Below are positions 1 through 9,316 of a stretch of 64,000 nucleotides of DNA, piece after piece. Made by a program: the position numbers and the translations under genes. This DNA comes from a virus, in the IMG/VR virus record IMGVR_UViG_3300029286_000013. One strand, written 5' to 3'. The notes under the pieces were generated by a model. It was not told where the DNA came from, made no database searches, and was given only the letters and a program-made list of their open reading frames with translations. Position 1 is the first letter of the stretch; each line of letters starts with the position of its first letter.

Positions 1-1
1 C

Positions 2-694
2 ATCTACTTCCCAACCAACAGTAGTAGAATAACATTAAGCCCGGGTATTGTAGTAGGTGGCACATATCTATCACCCTTTACAGTAGAAGGTTGGTTCTAT
101 TCTGGCGATGCACCGGGCACAGACTCGGGCCCTGTTATATTATCCACTACTACTGGATCTGGCACGGCTGCTTATCTCCGAGCCCTTACCATTAACGTCA
201 CTAACAGTGGTAACCAGATCACAGTGGACTCCAATGGTGCCACTGCCACAACCTTTAACTTGGCACAATCTTTACTAGCCAATAACTGGTATTATATTGC
301 AGTATCTAGAAGCACTGGTGGCTTTATGCAAGTGTGGGTGGGCAAGCAAGGTGATGCCACTGCCGCGGCCAGTGCCAGCGGGGCTTTTGATTGTTCTGGC
401 AGTGCGGCCGCGTGGGCACTCGACGGTATCAGTGATTGCATTGGCGCATTTGTGCCTGCTAGTAGATTTAGTGCAAACGATTATATCAGTGGTATTCGTG
501 TGACCAATACCAACGTATATGCTACTAATTTGTTAACTATTTCAATGCCTACAACGACATTTACAAACATTGCAGGCACTGTATTCTTGCAGTCCCCAAC
601 TGACTTAACCGATCTTACTAGCAATCAAACTCTAGCTAGTGTGGGGAGTGCGGCATATTCTGCAACAGGCCCTAACATTACAATATCCGCATAA
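2..694 (+). CDS. LamG/concanavalin A-like virion protein, C-terminal part (5' truncated by window)
   Basis: Frame open from position 2 (IYFPTNSS...FTVEGWFY...WYYIAVSR...ISGIRVT), the LamG_3 pattern seen in phage tail proteins. Confidence 0.7.
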   Translation: MYFPTNSSRITLSPGIVVGGTYLSPFTVEGWFYSGDAPGTDSGPVILSTTTGSGTAAYLRALTINVTNSGNQITVDSNGATATTFNLAQSLLANNWYYIAVSRSTGGFMQVWVGKQGDATAAASASGAFDCSGSAAAWALDGISDCIGAFVPASRFSANDYISGIRVTNTNVYATNLLTISMPTTTFTNIAGTVFLQSPTDLTDLTSNQTLASVGSAAYSATGPNITISA

Positions 695-756
695 TTATGG
701 CTATACAAAACTATAATAGTTGTAACACAAACAAAGCAAGATTTGAATTATAAAAT

Positions 757-1590
757 ATGAAACAAGATCCTCGCACAATCATAAACACTGACGAGGATCA
801 TACCTTCAACAAACCTGTACCTAAAGCTGTACCTAGGACACTTGACGACAAGTTTAGTTTTCAGTGGAAACCTGATAAACTTGATACACGTGACTACAAA
901 TATACTGTAACACCGAAAGCAAGTCCTAACATAGTTGACTTACGAGCATTTTGCAGTCCAATCGAAAATCAAGGTAGTCTAGGCAGTTGTACTGGACAAG
1001 CTATTGCGGGTGCGATTGAATTACTAAACAAACGCAATAGAAAGCCAACTGATGTAAGCAGATTGTTCATTTACTATTATGAACGATTATTATTAGGCAC
1101 AGTTAATTATGACAGTGGTGCATACATACGTGATGGCATTAAAGCAACAAATCATTATGGTGCAAGCTTAGAGAGTTACTGGCCATATGACATTAGAAAG
1201 TTTAGACAAGAACCAATTAGTGAGGCAAAGACTGATGCACTAAATCGTAAGGTAACTCGCTATGAAAGAGTAAATGATTTCAATGGATGTGTTGATGCGT
1301 TATCAAATGGCTACCCAGTTATAATGGGCTTCCGTGTGTATGATAGCTTTATGTCAAAGAATGTTGCTAGAACAGGTATTATGCCTTATCCAAATACAAA
1401 GCGTGAACAATTGTTAGGTGGTCACGCTGTATTATTAGTTGGATATGATAAACGTAAGAAAGTTTTTATTGCACGTAATAGTTGGGGCACAAATTGGGGT
1501 GATAAAGGTTACTTCTATATGCCATTTAAAATAATTAACCCTAATATGAGTAGCGACTACTGGATTATCAAATCGGTTAACAATCCATAA
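757..1590 (+). CDS. Papain-family (C1A) cysteine peptidase
   Basis: QGSLGSCTG (catalytic Cys), GGHAV (His), RNSWG (Asn). Confidence 0.93.
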   Translation: MKQDPRTIINTDEDHTFNKPVPKAVPRTLDDKFSFQWKPDKLDTRDYKYTVTPKASPNIVDLRAFCSPIENQGSLGSCTGQAIAGAIELLNKRNRKPTDVSRLFIYYYERLLLGTVNYDSGAYIRDGIKATNHYGASLESYWPYDIRKFRQEPISEAKTDALNRKVTRYERVNDFNGCVDALSNGYPVIMGFRVYDSFMSKNVARTGIMPYPNTKREQLLGGHAVLLVGYDKRKKVFIARNSWGTNWGDKGYFYMPFKIINPNMSSDYWIIKSVNNP

Positions 1591-1591
1591 T

Positions 1592-1611
1592 AAAGCCCCT
1601 TTCGGGGCTTT
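1592..1611. terminator. Bidirectional intrinsic terminator
   Basis: AAAGCCCC-TTTC-GGGGCTTT between convergent genes. Confidence 0.85.
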
Positions 1612-1613
1612 AT

Positions 1614-1820
1614 TTATTTCATCTTCTCTAGCATAAAGTTTGTGAATTTACTTTCACACATTGCTGGAATCTCAACAAAAGGATCTTCTAAAAAGAATGG
1701 ACACCCTGTTTTCCATTTACCATTCTTCTTAAAGAATTTAAATTCTAGCAAATCTTTTTTATCTGCAGGATTAAATTCTCTACGAGGATTAAAAGAACGA
1801 CGGAATGTAGATAGATTCAT
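1614..1820 (-). CDS. Hypothetical protein
   Basis: 68-aa ORF ending at the terminator. Confidence 0.7.
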   Translation of the reverse strand: MNLSTFRRSFNPRREFNPADKKDLLEFKFFKKNGKWKTGCPFFLEDPFVEIPAMCESKFTNFMLEKMK

Positions 1821-1833
1821 ATTAATAATAGAA

Positions 1834-1847
1834 GGGGCCGAAGCCCC
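1834..1847 (-). terminator. Intrinsic terminator / UUCG hairpin
   Basis: GGGGC-TTCG-GCCCC then T-rich tail on the minus strand. Confidence 0.65.
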
Positions 1848-1852
1848 GTTAA

Positions 1853-2233
1853 TTATTCAGCGATAGCAGATAATACTTGTTCTGCGGACACTTCTGATTT
1901 TTTCGCACGTGCTTTAATTGCATCAATGCTTGGCTTTGTTTTAGAAGCTTTTACTTTAACTTCACCTTTACTTGCCTCTTTAGATTTATCAGCAAGTGTA
2001 TCAGCAATAGTTGCCTGATCGCTTGCACTTGCGAACTCAGGAAGTGTAGCAAGATATTTCAATGCTTCTACCTTTGTCATTTCTGAAGGTAGCTCAACGA
2101 AATCTACACGTGAAGCACCACCTTTAGTGAACTGCTTGATGCGACGGACCATGTCGTCAGTGAAACGAACCTTAGCATCACCATTGTGAATAGTAATACC
2201 AGCGACTTTGAAAGTTTGATTAGAATTAGCCAT
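1853..2233 (-). CDS. Hypothetical protein, Lys/Ala-rich C-terminus
   Basis: 126-aa ORF, SD AAAGGAAA, own promoter. Confidence 0.8.
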   Translation of the reverse strand: MANSNQTFKVAGITIHNGDAKVRFTDDMVRRIKQFTKGGASRVDFVELPSEMTKVEALKYLATLPEFASASDQATIADTLADKSKEASKGEVKVKASKTKPSIDAIKARAKKSEVSAEQVLSAIAE

Positions 2234-2298
2234 TTTGAATTTCCTTTAAATAAAAGCTAAGTTAAAAAATGTGCCGCTAAATTCACAGCACTGTTATA

Positions 2299-2327
2299 AT
2301 GATAACACAAAAGAACATTATTGTCAA
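2299..2327 (-). promoter_or_regulatory. sigma70-type early promoter
   Basis: TTGACA-N17-TATCAT. Confidence 0.75.
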
Positions 2328-2350
2328 CCATTGTGTTACCCATTATTCGA

Positions 2351-2506
2351 TTAGGCCGGGTTAGCTGATTCGGAAATCAGCAATCTACCATACATTGACC
2401 TTGCCATTTGAATGGCCTGAAAAGGATTATCTGCATTAAGATAAGCACGACTGAATCCAGCGCCCGGCTCATCTTTCCATTTTACCATTACCCAATAACT
2501 GTTCAT
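2351..2506 (-). CDS. Hypothetical protein (MNSYWVMVKW...)
   Basis: Start reassigned to the ATG forming an ATGA overlap with the upstream small ORF. Confidence 0.65.
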   Translation of the reverse strand: MNSYWVMVKWKDEPGAGFSRAYLNADNPFQAIQMARSMYGRLLISESANPA

Positions 2507-2604
2507 TTGTTTCCCCAAAGAAGTGTTAATCCTACAACTACCAATAGTGCCCATCCGATTGTTTCCGCATATGCACCAATCCATTTAAAAAATTTATCTA
2601 ACAT
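2503..2604 (-). CDS. Small membrane protein, 33 aa (not in ORF track)
   Basis: MLDKFFKWIGAYAETIGWALLVVVGLTLLWGNK; one hydrophobic helix, tightly packed between neighbours. Confidence 0.6.
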   Translation of the reverse strand: MLDKFFKWIGAYAETIGWALLVVVGLTLLWGNK

Positions 2605-2607
2605 CTA

Positions 2608-3021
2608 TTACTCCAAAATGTAGGGTTTGTCCCATTTGCCAATGTTAATATCAACATAATAGGCGATGTTGAAATAGTCAATCATTGCGTTGGATTCGTC
2701 ATACCAATCGGCCGACTTCAATGCCTTGAATGCTTCGGTTAAGAATGCCTTAGCATCACCATCATAGTGATCCTGAAACCAGTAAGGATTAACCTGATCG
2801 TAACCACTAGTAGTAGGTTTGAAGCCACGTTGCACCTGATAAAAGTCATTACCGCAAACTCTGTTGCTATTGCCAATAAAGTCAATAGCACCGGATTTGA
2901 GGGTCAGTACAATGGTACTGTGATTCCTAACACTCAGTGAGCCTTTAACTTTGTACTTAGCCAAGATTGGCTTAAGCATTTTAGTAATCTTTGCTTTGCG
3001 TTCCTGATTCATATAAGCCAT
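2608..3021 (-). CDS. Phage hypothetical protein
   Basis: 137-aa ORF with SD and promoter; ends YYVDINIGKWDKPY. Confidence 0.8.
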   Translation of the reverse strand: MAYMNQERKAKITKMLKPILAKYKVKGSLSVRNHSTIVLTLKSGAIDFIGNSNRVCGNDFYQVQRGFKPTTSGYDQVNPYWFQDHYDGDAKAFLTEAFKALKSADWYDESNAMIDYFNIAYYVDINIGKWDKPYILE

Positions 3022-3053
3022 TTTGTTTCCTTTTCTTTACTGTCTAAGATTCT

Positions 3054-3082
3054 ATTATATACCCAAACTAATTTATTGTCAA
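3054..3082 (-). promoter_or_regulatory. sigma70-type early promoter (repeat copy 1)
   Basis: TTGACA ATAAATTAGTTTGGGTA TATAAT. Confidence 0.9.
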
Positions 3083-3087
3083 CCTTT

Positions 3088-3261
3088 TTAAGAATTTATT
3101 GTCCTGAAAGGACTAAATTCCTCAGTCTGGCCTTCAATAGATTCCACTACATCATAAATAAAAATCACCGGTACGTCAAGTACCGCGGAGATAGTTGCCG
3201 GATGTGTGCCTTTTTCAAGCATTTCCTCGATCTCCATATATAAGTCTGCCATTTTACTCAT
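3088..3261 (-). CDS. Small acidic hypothetical protein, 57 aa (not in ORF track)
   Basis: MSKMADLYMEIEEMLEKGTHPATISAVLDVP...; TAATG overlap with the upstream gene. Confidence 0.7.
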   Translation of the reverse strand: MSKMADLYMEIEEMLEKGTHPATISAVLDVPVIFIYDVVESIEGQTEEFSPFRTINS

Positions 3262-3536
3262 TACAAAACCTCCAACATGTTAGCGGGCACTTTCCAACTA
3301 CGGAACTGTCCTGGTTGATCTACGATAATAAATTTACGATTGATTTTCTTTACAACACCGGAGATTGTACCACGGGTCGAACTTGTAAATTTAACATTAG
3401 AACCGATTGTCAATGCTGATTTGTTTCGTACCACAAGTTGGGCACGGGCAAAACGCATTGCATCACCGATGCTATTCAATTCTTCGTTAGTGAAGTCACC
3501 CTGCATAATAGCAGTATTAATTTGCTTGATGTTCAT
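3261..3536 (-). CDS. Hypothetical protein (possible SH3-like C-terminus)
   Basis: 91-aa ORF, SD AAGGAG. Confidence 0.75.
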   Translation of the reverse strand: MNIKQINTAIMQGDFTNEELNSIGDAMRFARAQLVVRNKSALTIGSNVKFTSSTRGTISGVVKKINRKFIIVDQPGQFRSWKVPANMLEVL

Positions 3537-3565
3537 AAAAACTCCTTTTGACTGAATAAGACTCT

Positions 3566-3594
3566 ATTATAGACCCAAAACCATTTATTGTCAA
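3566..3594 (-). promoter_or_regulatory. sigma70-type early promoter (repeat copy 2)
   Basis: TTGACA ATAAATGGTTTTGGGTC TATAAT. Confidence 0.9.
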
Positions 3595-3597
3595 ATT

Positions 3598-3864
3598 TTA
3601 GACAATGTTAACCTGTACATCGTGATTGACACCTTGGAATGTGCTACGAGTTCCGTAGCCTACTGGAATCTCTTTTTTGCCGCAACTCTTGGCTAAATCA
3701 CGGGAGCATTGCAAATGTTGCAAGGCCGAAATAACTGCAACACGGTGTGAACTAGTAGAAAAGTTCTCAATATCAGAAACCTTACAATACATACCAAATC
3801 CGTCAATGATAAAACGAATCTTTTGGCTGTTATTCATACCAGAAACTACTTGTTGTGTACGCAT
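3598..3864 (-). CDS. Hypothetical protein
   Basis: 88-aa ORF, SD AAGGA. Confidence 0.7.
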   Translation of the reverse strand: MRTQQVVSGMNNSQKIRFIIDGFGMYCKVSDIENFSTSSHRVAVISALQHLQCSRDLAKSCGKKEIPVGYGTRSTFQGVNHDVQVNIV

Positions 3865-3896
3865 TTTATGTCCTTTATTTGACTGTTTAAGATTGT

Positions 3897-3925
3897 ATTA
3901 TACACCCAAATCCATTTATTGTCAA
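3897..3925 (-). promoter_or_regulatory. sigma70-type early promoter (repeat copy 3)
   Basis: TTGACA ATAAATGGATTTGGGTG TATAAT. Confidence 0.9.
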
Positions 3926-4200
3926 CCTTTTTTCAAGTACAAAAAGACCTTTTTTGTGCTTGAGGGAACCCATTTTTTAGCATCAGGGCCACAGGCTTCA
4001 TAGGTACTACGCATCAGTCCTGCCGTATGAAAATACCCTTCTTTGGTCTCTCCTACTACCGGATCAAATTCGGGTTTGTTCCAACTCTCGGGAAGGGTGC
4101 ATTTGAACCCATAAGTAAAATTAGTCAGCCTAGACATAAAGCTAGCCCGGACATTCTTACAATCCTTACAAAGAAGGTCTTTGTTAAATTCTTTAGCCAT
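3922..4200 (-). CDS. Hypothetical Cys-containing protein
   Basis: CKDCK...C...CGPDAKKW. Confidence 0.7.
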   Translation of the reverse strand: MAKEFNKDLLCKDCKNVRASFMSRLTNFTYGFKCTLPESWNKPEFDPVVGETKEGYFHTAGLMRSTYEACGPDAKKWVPSSTKKVFLYLKKG

Positions 4201-4225
4201 ATAATTCCTTTAGTTTCAATACAGT

Positions 4226-4254
4226 ATTGTATCAGAAACAGGAATTATTGTCAA
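4226..4254 (-). promoter_or_regulatory. sigma70-type early promoter
   Basis: TTGACA-N17-TACAAT. Confidence 0.8.
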
Positions 4255-4396
4255 ATTTTGGATGTTTGGATTTGCGTTGATAGCCTGTTTTAGACTTAAC
4301 AACCTTAGGTTTGAAGGGAGTATTCTCACAGAAAAGAACACGGTGAGCCCGGTGTTTGGGCTCTTTAACGGTGAATGATAGTAGTACCTTTTTCAT
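4232..4396 (-). CDS. Small basic protein, ArfA-like (54 aa, not in ORF track)
   Basis: MKKVLLSFTVKEPKHRAHRVLFCENTPFKPKVVKSKTGYQRKSKHPKFDNNSCF; resembles the ArfA core [23 protein letters not shown]. Confidence 0.55.
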   Translation of the reverse strand: MKKVLLSFTVKEPKHRAHRVLFCENTPFKPKVVKSKTGYQRKSKHPKFDNNSCF

Positions 4397-4405
4397 AATA
4401 CAAGT

Positions 4406-4434
4406 ATTATAGCAGAAATACTATTTATTGTCAA
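4406..4434 (-). promoter_or_regulatory. sigma70-type early promoter
   Basis: TTGACA ATAAATAGTATTTCTGC TATAAT, 9 nt before the ATG at 4396. Confidence 0.85.
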
Positions 4435-4714
4435 TATTTGTAATCAACCAGCGATAAATGGGCGTAGTGAAGGTTAGTGTGTTATCTACAATCAAATGGT
4501 GTACTGAAATGTTTTCTATACATATATTAGCTATAGCCATATTAAAGGTCAATGTGTGTGTTTGATTGTCATCAATTATTTCATATTGCCCATTATTATG
4601 CTCAAGTATATTACCATCTAGTTTGATTTCTAAGTCGGGTGACATAGTTACATCAACTACAAACTTTTTAACAAAGGGAATTTTTCCAGGCATACTATAC
4701 ATTGTCGACCTCAT
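4421..4714 (-). CDS. Hypothetical protein
   Basis: 97-aa ORF overlapping the upstream gene end. Confidence 0.55.
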   Translation of the reverse strand: MRSTMYSMPGKIPFVKKFVVDVTMSPDLEIKLDGNILEHNNGQYEIIDDNQTHTLTFNMAIANICIENISVHHLIVDNTLTFTTPIYRWLITNIDNK

Positions 4715-5852
4715 TAAATAGGTAATCTAAACTATCTCCATAGAGACTATCAAATTCTTTTTTACTGAAGAATGGTAGATTAGGAGTTTTAATTATAGTG
4801 CTATCAGATAATCTAGCAATCCATCTCATATCTCTCATAATTATTTTTTTAAGTGTATACCACGCAAATTGTATGCTGTTGGATTTGCTTTTGTATACAA
4901 AGTAATCTTCATTCTTATCAAACTCAAAGATATATTTCTTCATAAAGTTTTTATGTGTTCTGTAATCGTGTCTGTTTTCAATAATCAATTGTGGGTTAAA
5001 ATACATAAATGCTTCAAATTCATAGTTATCATAAAATCCAATAGTATCTTCTATCTTAGTATCTTTTTGGTTAGTAAGAAACACATTATCTGCTATTTGA
5101 AACACTTGTGATTTATTTGATGCATAAAACCACCATCGTGCATCAAGTAAAGTTTCAATGGGTTTACCTGCATTAGCAAAATAATTCTCGCTAAATTCAA
5201 TTAGATTGTCTTTATTCTGTTCACGGAAATAATCTTTCCAAGGTTTATACAACCCATCACCACCCACCTTCTCATAAAAACTATCATCTAAACTACTAAC
5301 AAACTCATCACCACCGTGACCGTTTAACATTAGTCCATCAAAATGATTATCCATATAGATTGTACCACTGATATCAAGTGTCTCTACTTGTGGATAATCT
5401 CTATGTAATAATTCTAAAAAGTCTCTATTTTCATAAACGGAAAACGGTGAATATAATACTCTTAATTGACTTAGATTGGGTGCGTGTTTTAAAAATCCAA
5501 CAAGCATTGTAGTAGAATCGATACCCCCACTCCAACATAAGTTTATTTTTCTATTAGAACATACGTGACGCATAACTTGGTTATACATTATATCTTCAAA
5601 TGATAAACTTGATGTTGGTATTTTCCAATCACGTAATAATTTATATTTTAATGGTGATTGTATTGTATTAGTTCTATCTACTACTTCACCAAACGGATAG
5701 CTTGAAAATACACTATTGATATCAATTAGTTTGTTATAGTTATTGAAACCATTTATTTTAAATAGATTCCCTGCGAATTCGTATTGTATACCTTTCCAGT
5801 TTAAAATTTTATAAAGGTATTCAGGATTTGTTGCTAATAATAGTGGTTTCAT
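4695..5852 (-). CDS. PP-loop ATPase, asparagine-synthase-like (paralog 1)
   Basis: WSGGIDST PP-loop and NGHGGDEF motif. Confidence 0.7.
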   Translation of the reverse strand: MKPLLLATNPEYLYKILNWKGIQYEFAGNLFKINGFNNYNKLIDINSVFSSYPFGEVVDRTNTIQSPLKYKLLRDWKIPTSSLSFEDIMYNQVMRHVCSNRKINLCWSGGIDSTTMLVGFLKHAPNLSQLRVLYSPFSVYENRDFLELLHRDYPQVETLDISGTIYMDNHFDGLMLNGHGGDEFVSSLDDSFYEKVGGDGLYKPWKDYFREQNKDNLIEFSENYFANAGKPIETLLDARWWFYASNKSQVFQIADNVFLTNQKDTKIEDTIGFYDNYEFEAFMYFNPQLIIENRHDYRTHKNFMKKYIFEFDKNEDYFVYKSKSNSIQFAWYTLKKIIMRDMRWIARLSDSTIIKTPNLPFFSKKEFDSLYGDSLDYLFNEVDNV

Positions 5853-6148
5853 TATGCGCCTCGATGTACTACTAATATAGTTTCAGGTGGGAATTTCGGT
5901 CTCCAACTTTTATGTATAGGCATATTTAAATAATCATTTGGGTCATCAGTTTCAAATGTTTCTATTTTTTTATAAATCTGAACCTGATATTCTGCTAGTT
6001 GTTCCAGCATTCTAATTCTACGTTTAACTATTGTTGGATCTGTTGCGTTGTCAATCATTTCATTAATTAATTGATTACGTTCAAAATCACATTTTTCATT
6101 AAATTCTTTAATGAATTTTATTTTATAAAATTTAATATTTGGCTTCAT
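5852..6148 (-). CDS. Hypothetical protein
   Basis: 98-aa ORF coupled to neighbours. Confidence 0.6.
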   Translation of the reverse strand: MKPNIKFYKIKFIKEFNEKCDFERNQLINEMIDNATDPTIVKRRIRMLEQLAEYQVQIYKKIETFETDDPNDYLNMPIHKSWRPKFPPETILVVHRGA

Positions 6149-7466
6149 TTAATAAATCATTTTTAATGTCTAATAATACATTATCCCAAGTACTATTTTG
6201 CTGGCGATATAATTTCATACAATTATAGAATGGACTATCATTACGATTCATAAACCATCGCCAATCACATCCATAATCAGTTAGCATCACCCAAGTGGTA
6301 ACTCCCATTGCACCGCTCAAGTGAGGGATAACTGTATCAATACTAATAACAAGGTCAAGTTGACTAATCAATCCTGCCGTGTTATAGAATCCGGATAAGT
6401 CTTCATGGAACGTTTTAACATTATATTTTGCCAATGTCTCTAATATTTGGTCATCCACTTCGTATGATAAGCTGACAAACTCATAGTCATCACTTGTGAT
6501 TGATAGTAGTTGCTCTAATTCAATTCTACGGAAGCGTGATATAAATGCAATCTTATTTGGACTAGACAATAAACCAATGCGTTTCTTTGTCTTAGGTCCT
6601 AGCTTTATTTTCCAAAATTGTTTCATACCTTCATCTACATCTAAATAAGGAGTAGGATAAGGTATCGTATCAATAGTTGTGCCAAAGCATTTTGGTAGAT
6701 CCATCAATGCAACGTGGTAATGATATGACGGTATCTGTGCGTCAGCATTTAATACAGTTAAGTCAGGAAAGTTATATTTGAATAGGTCATATAATTGTGG
6801 TTTAGTTATAATTGTTACTTCTGCACCCTTATCTTTTAATACTTTTGCAAAACGAATAAATTGTACACTATCACCAAATCCCTGTTCATAGTATACAAGA
6901 ACTTTTTTGCCTACGATATCCTGTGAGCCGTCATATTCTGGACCTGGCAGTTGAGGTTTAAGACTTATATCACTTTGATAGTACCAACGTGCATTATACT
7001 TTTTCCAACCCTCAATTAAGTCACCTTTCATTAAGTGACTGACTGACTCGTTTAATTCATAGTTGACATTTCCCGGTGTTAACTCTTGTGCTATTTGTAA
7101 AAAGGTAATAGCAAGTTCAGGTAATCCAAATTCACGTAATGTGTTGCCGTAGTTACTGTATGCAGTTGAATGTTTTGGATCAAGTGCAAAGGTATGTGCA
7201 AATGTGATTAGTGCTTCACGGTACTGTCCCAAACTGCGTAGTGCAGTTCCTCGACTTAACCAGCTTTCTACATAGTTATGACTACACGGTAATTCAAAAC
7301 ATTTTAATGCTTCTATATCTTGACCTAGTTGTGATAGTGTAATGCCAAGATTATGCCACACTACATAGTTGTTTGGTTCTTGTTGTAAAAATCTTCTATA
7401 ACATTCACTGGCTTCGTGATATTCCTTAGCCATATAGTGAATATTACCCTGCTCAAAATCATTCAT
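6132..7466 (-). CDS. TPR-repeat GT9-like glycosyltransferase
   Basis: N-terminal TPRs (WHNLG, AYSNYG); EQGFGDSVQFIRF; LDLVISIDTVIPHLSGAMG; DWRW. Confidence 0.88.
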   Translation of the reverse strand: MNDFEQGNIHYMAKEYHEASECYRRFLQQEPNNYVVWHNLGITLSQLGQDIEALKCFELPCSHNYVESWLSRGTALRSLGQYREALITFAHTFALDPKHSTAYSNYGNTLREFGLPELAITFLQIAQELTPGNVNYELNESVSHLMKGDLIEGWKKYNARWYYQSDISLKPQLPGPEYDGSQDIVGKKVLVYYEQGFGDSVQFIRFAKVLKDKGAEVTIITKPQLYDLFKYNFPDLTVLNADAQIPSYHYHVALMDLPKCFGTTIDTIPYPTPYLDVDEGMKQFWKIKLGPKTKKRIGLLSSPNKIAFISRFRRIELEQLLSITSDDYEFVSLSYEVDDQILETLAKYNVKTFHEDLSGFYNTAGLISQLDLVISIDTVIPHLSGAMGVTTWVMLTDYGCDWRWFMNRNDSPFYNCMKLYRQQNSTWDNVLLDIKNDLLNEAKY

Positions 7467-7753
7467 GGTATAGAGATATTAACTTGTTTTACTTTTTTAA
7501 TAGTGAAGCTACGCCACTCATTCTTTTCTAAATCAAACACTCTCATACTAGTAGTTGATTCTTTACGGGATTTTGCTCCCTCTTTGATTTCAACTTTGGG
7601 AAGTTTATCTTCTTCTAGTGTACATTTCATTACACGATCGGTTCCATCTGCTTTAGTAAATGTAACAGTAGCAGGACCAATACGTAGCATTTGATTTAAC
7701 CAAGTAGTAAACTTATCCCAATCTTTATCTGTGAATTCAGTACTGATGTTCAT
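7463..7753 (-). CDS. WYL_2 / Sm-like beta-barrel protein
   Basis: VTFTKADGTDRVMKCTL...VFDLEKNEWRSF. Confidence 0.8.
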   Translation of the reverse strand: MNISTEFTDKDWDKFTTWLNQMLRIGPATVTFTKADGTDRVMKCTLEEDKLPKVEIKEGAKSRKESTTSMRVFDLEKNEWRSFTIKKVKQVNISIP

Positions 7754-8123
7754 CTATTTTTTTCTCCGAGGGTAAACAACCAAACACAACGAATGGTATA
7801 AGATTTAGTGGTGTGGGTAATAGTATTGTTATCGCAAACCAAGAATTGATTCCGGCATCATTACAACGTCTAACAGCAGTAGCAATCCACATCCAAAATG
7901 ATAATATACTACCTACACAAATTATTGCAAGTGCAGAAATCCATCCAATAAAGCCTATCAATACTAACGTAAAGGGTGTGCTTATCAATGCAACCAATGC
8001 TCCTAATAATCCAACCAACATTAACAATAGTACTCCGATCAAATACACGCCCCAATATTCACTACGGGAAGCTTTGCCTTCAAAAGCAAAGTATTTTTTA
8101 TATTTTTCTATTTTGTCTATCAC
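7737..8123 (-). CDS. DUF805 (YhaH-like) membrane protein
   Basis: FEGKASRSEYW, VRRCNDAG, TM helices. Confidence 0.88.
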   Translation of the reverse strand: MIDKIEKYKKYFAFEGKASRSEYWGVYLIGVLLLMLVGLLGALVALISTPFTLVLIGFIGWISALAIICVGSILSFWMWIATAVRRCNDAGINSWFAITILLPTPLNLIPFVVFGCLPSEKKIDEHQY

Positions 8124-8407
8124 ATTAACATCCTTATTAATCCTATACTATCAATGGTGGTTAACAATATATAGTTAGCCAACATGCCAAAAGATTTCCT
8201 AGTAAAACTAGCCCAAGCATAAAGAGCACAACCAAGAATCCATATGGGATAAAGAGCAAGAAGCGGAGGGTTGGGTACGGTAAGTGCCATAGTAATACTG
8301 CAACCAATACTAATAGCCCAAGCAAGCAACTCAACAATAAAGCGAAATCGGTTGGACTTAAAATCATCTTTTATCCACGAAAAAATACCATAAAAAATAT
8401 CGTTCAT
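8120..8407 (-). CDS. Membrane protein
   Basis: Three hydrophobic segments. Confidence 0.75.
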   Translation of the reverse strand: MNDIFYGIFSWIKDDFKSNRFRFIVELLAWAISIGCSITMALTVPNPPLLALYPIWILGCALYAWASFTRKSFGMLANYILLTTIDSIGLIRMLM

Positions 8408-8450
8408 AATATATTATACACTATGAACGATAATACTACAACTAGTTTGG

Positions 8451-8762
8451 TCACTGATTACAGGTTCGTGTACGAGTGATTGTTCCATCTGAATTTTGTG
8501 TCTCTGTCCAAGGAGTGCAAACTTGACCTAATGGTGTGGGTGGATTTTGAATTACCACTTGAGTTTGAGTGTGACGATTGTGTGCTTCATTGATTGCCGC
8601 GCCGATAATGAATGCACCAACCGCAGGGGCAATCCAGTTATCACGGTAAATTACACGTGGCCCGTGATAATTATGATGACGAAAGCCGTGACCATGATAG
8701 TGTTGTGCCATTGCTGACCCAGTTAGTGCTAAAAGCGACAATGCTACTAGAATCTTTTTCAT
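8451..8762 (-). CDS. Secreted hypothetical protein
   Basis: Signal peptide MKKILVALSLLALTGSAMA, His-rich stretch. Confidence 0.75.
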   Translation of the reverse strand: MKKILVALSLLALTGSAMAQHYHGHGFRHHNYHGPRVIYRDNWIAPAVGAFIIGAAINEAHNRHTQTQVVIQNPPTPLGQVCTPWTETQNSDGTITRTRTCNQ

Positions 8763-8791
8763 ACAATCTCCTGCTATACTTATATAACGTT

Positions 8792-9316
8792 TTAGGCTAG
8801 TGTTCCGTTGACACGGTGATGTTCAATCATCTCTTGTAAGATAATCTCTATCATCTTATTTAATGTGATATCACGTTTGTGTGCTTCCATAGATAATTTT
8901 AATATCAAATCATCATCGATATCAATTGGTATTTGAACACGGCTGTCATATTCTTCTCCATTAAAAATAGCAGTAGCCTTCTCTAGGAAATCTTCTTCCA
9001 TTTCTAAATCAATCCACTTAACATCATCCCAAGCTATGTCAGGATCTACTTTACGTTTTTTTGATTCTTTGTAGAACGCATCTACATAATCAGGATTCAA
9101 CCAACGATATGGTTTCTTATCTTCATCCCAAGCCTCACGTTTAACAGAAACTTCGGCTTGGTATACAGTTTGATCCACGGTACTATACAATACAGATACG
9201 TGGGCAAAGTCACTTTCATAATCTAAGTATCTACCATCAGGATAACAATTCCATTGATACTCACTACCACCTGTAATTTTATGATTCAATACTTCGTTAA
9301 TTTCATTCAATCTCAT
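8792..9316 (-). CDS. Hypothetical protein with C-terminal RHH-like segment
   Basis: IPIDIDDDLILKLSMEAHKRDITLNKMIEIIL. Confidence 0.7.
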   Translation of the reverse strand: MRLNEINEVLNHKITGGSEYQWNCYPDGRYLDYESDFAHVSVLYSTVDQTVYQAEVSVKREAWDEDKKPYRWLNPDYVDAFYKESKKRKVDPDIAWDDVKWIDLEMEEDFLEKATAIFNGEEYDSRVQIPIDIDDDLILKLSMEAHKRDITLNKMIEIILQEMIEHHRVNGTLA

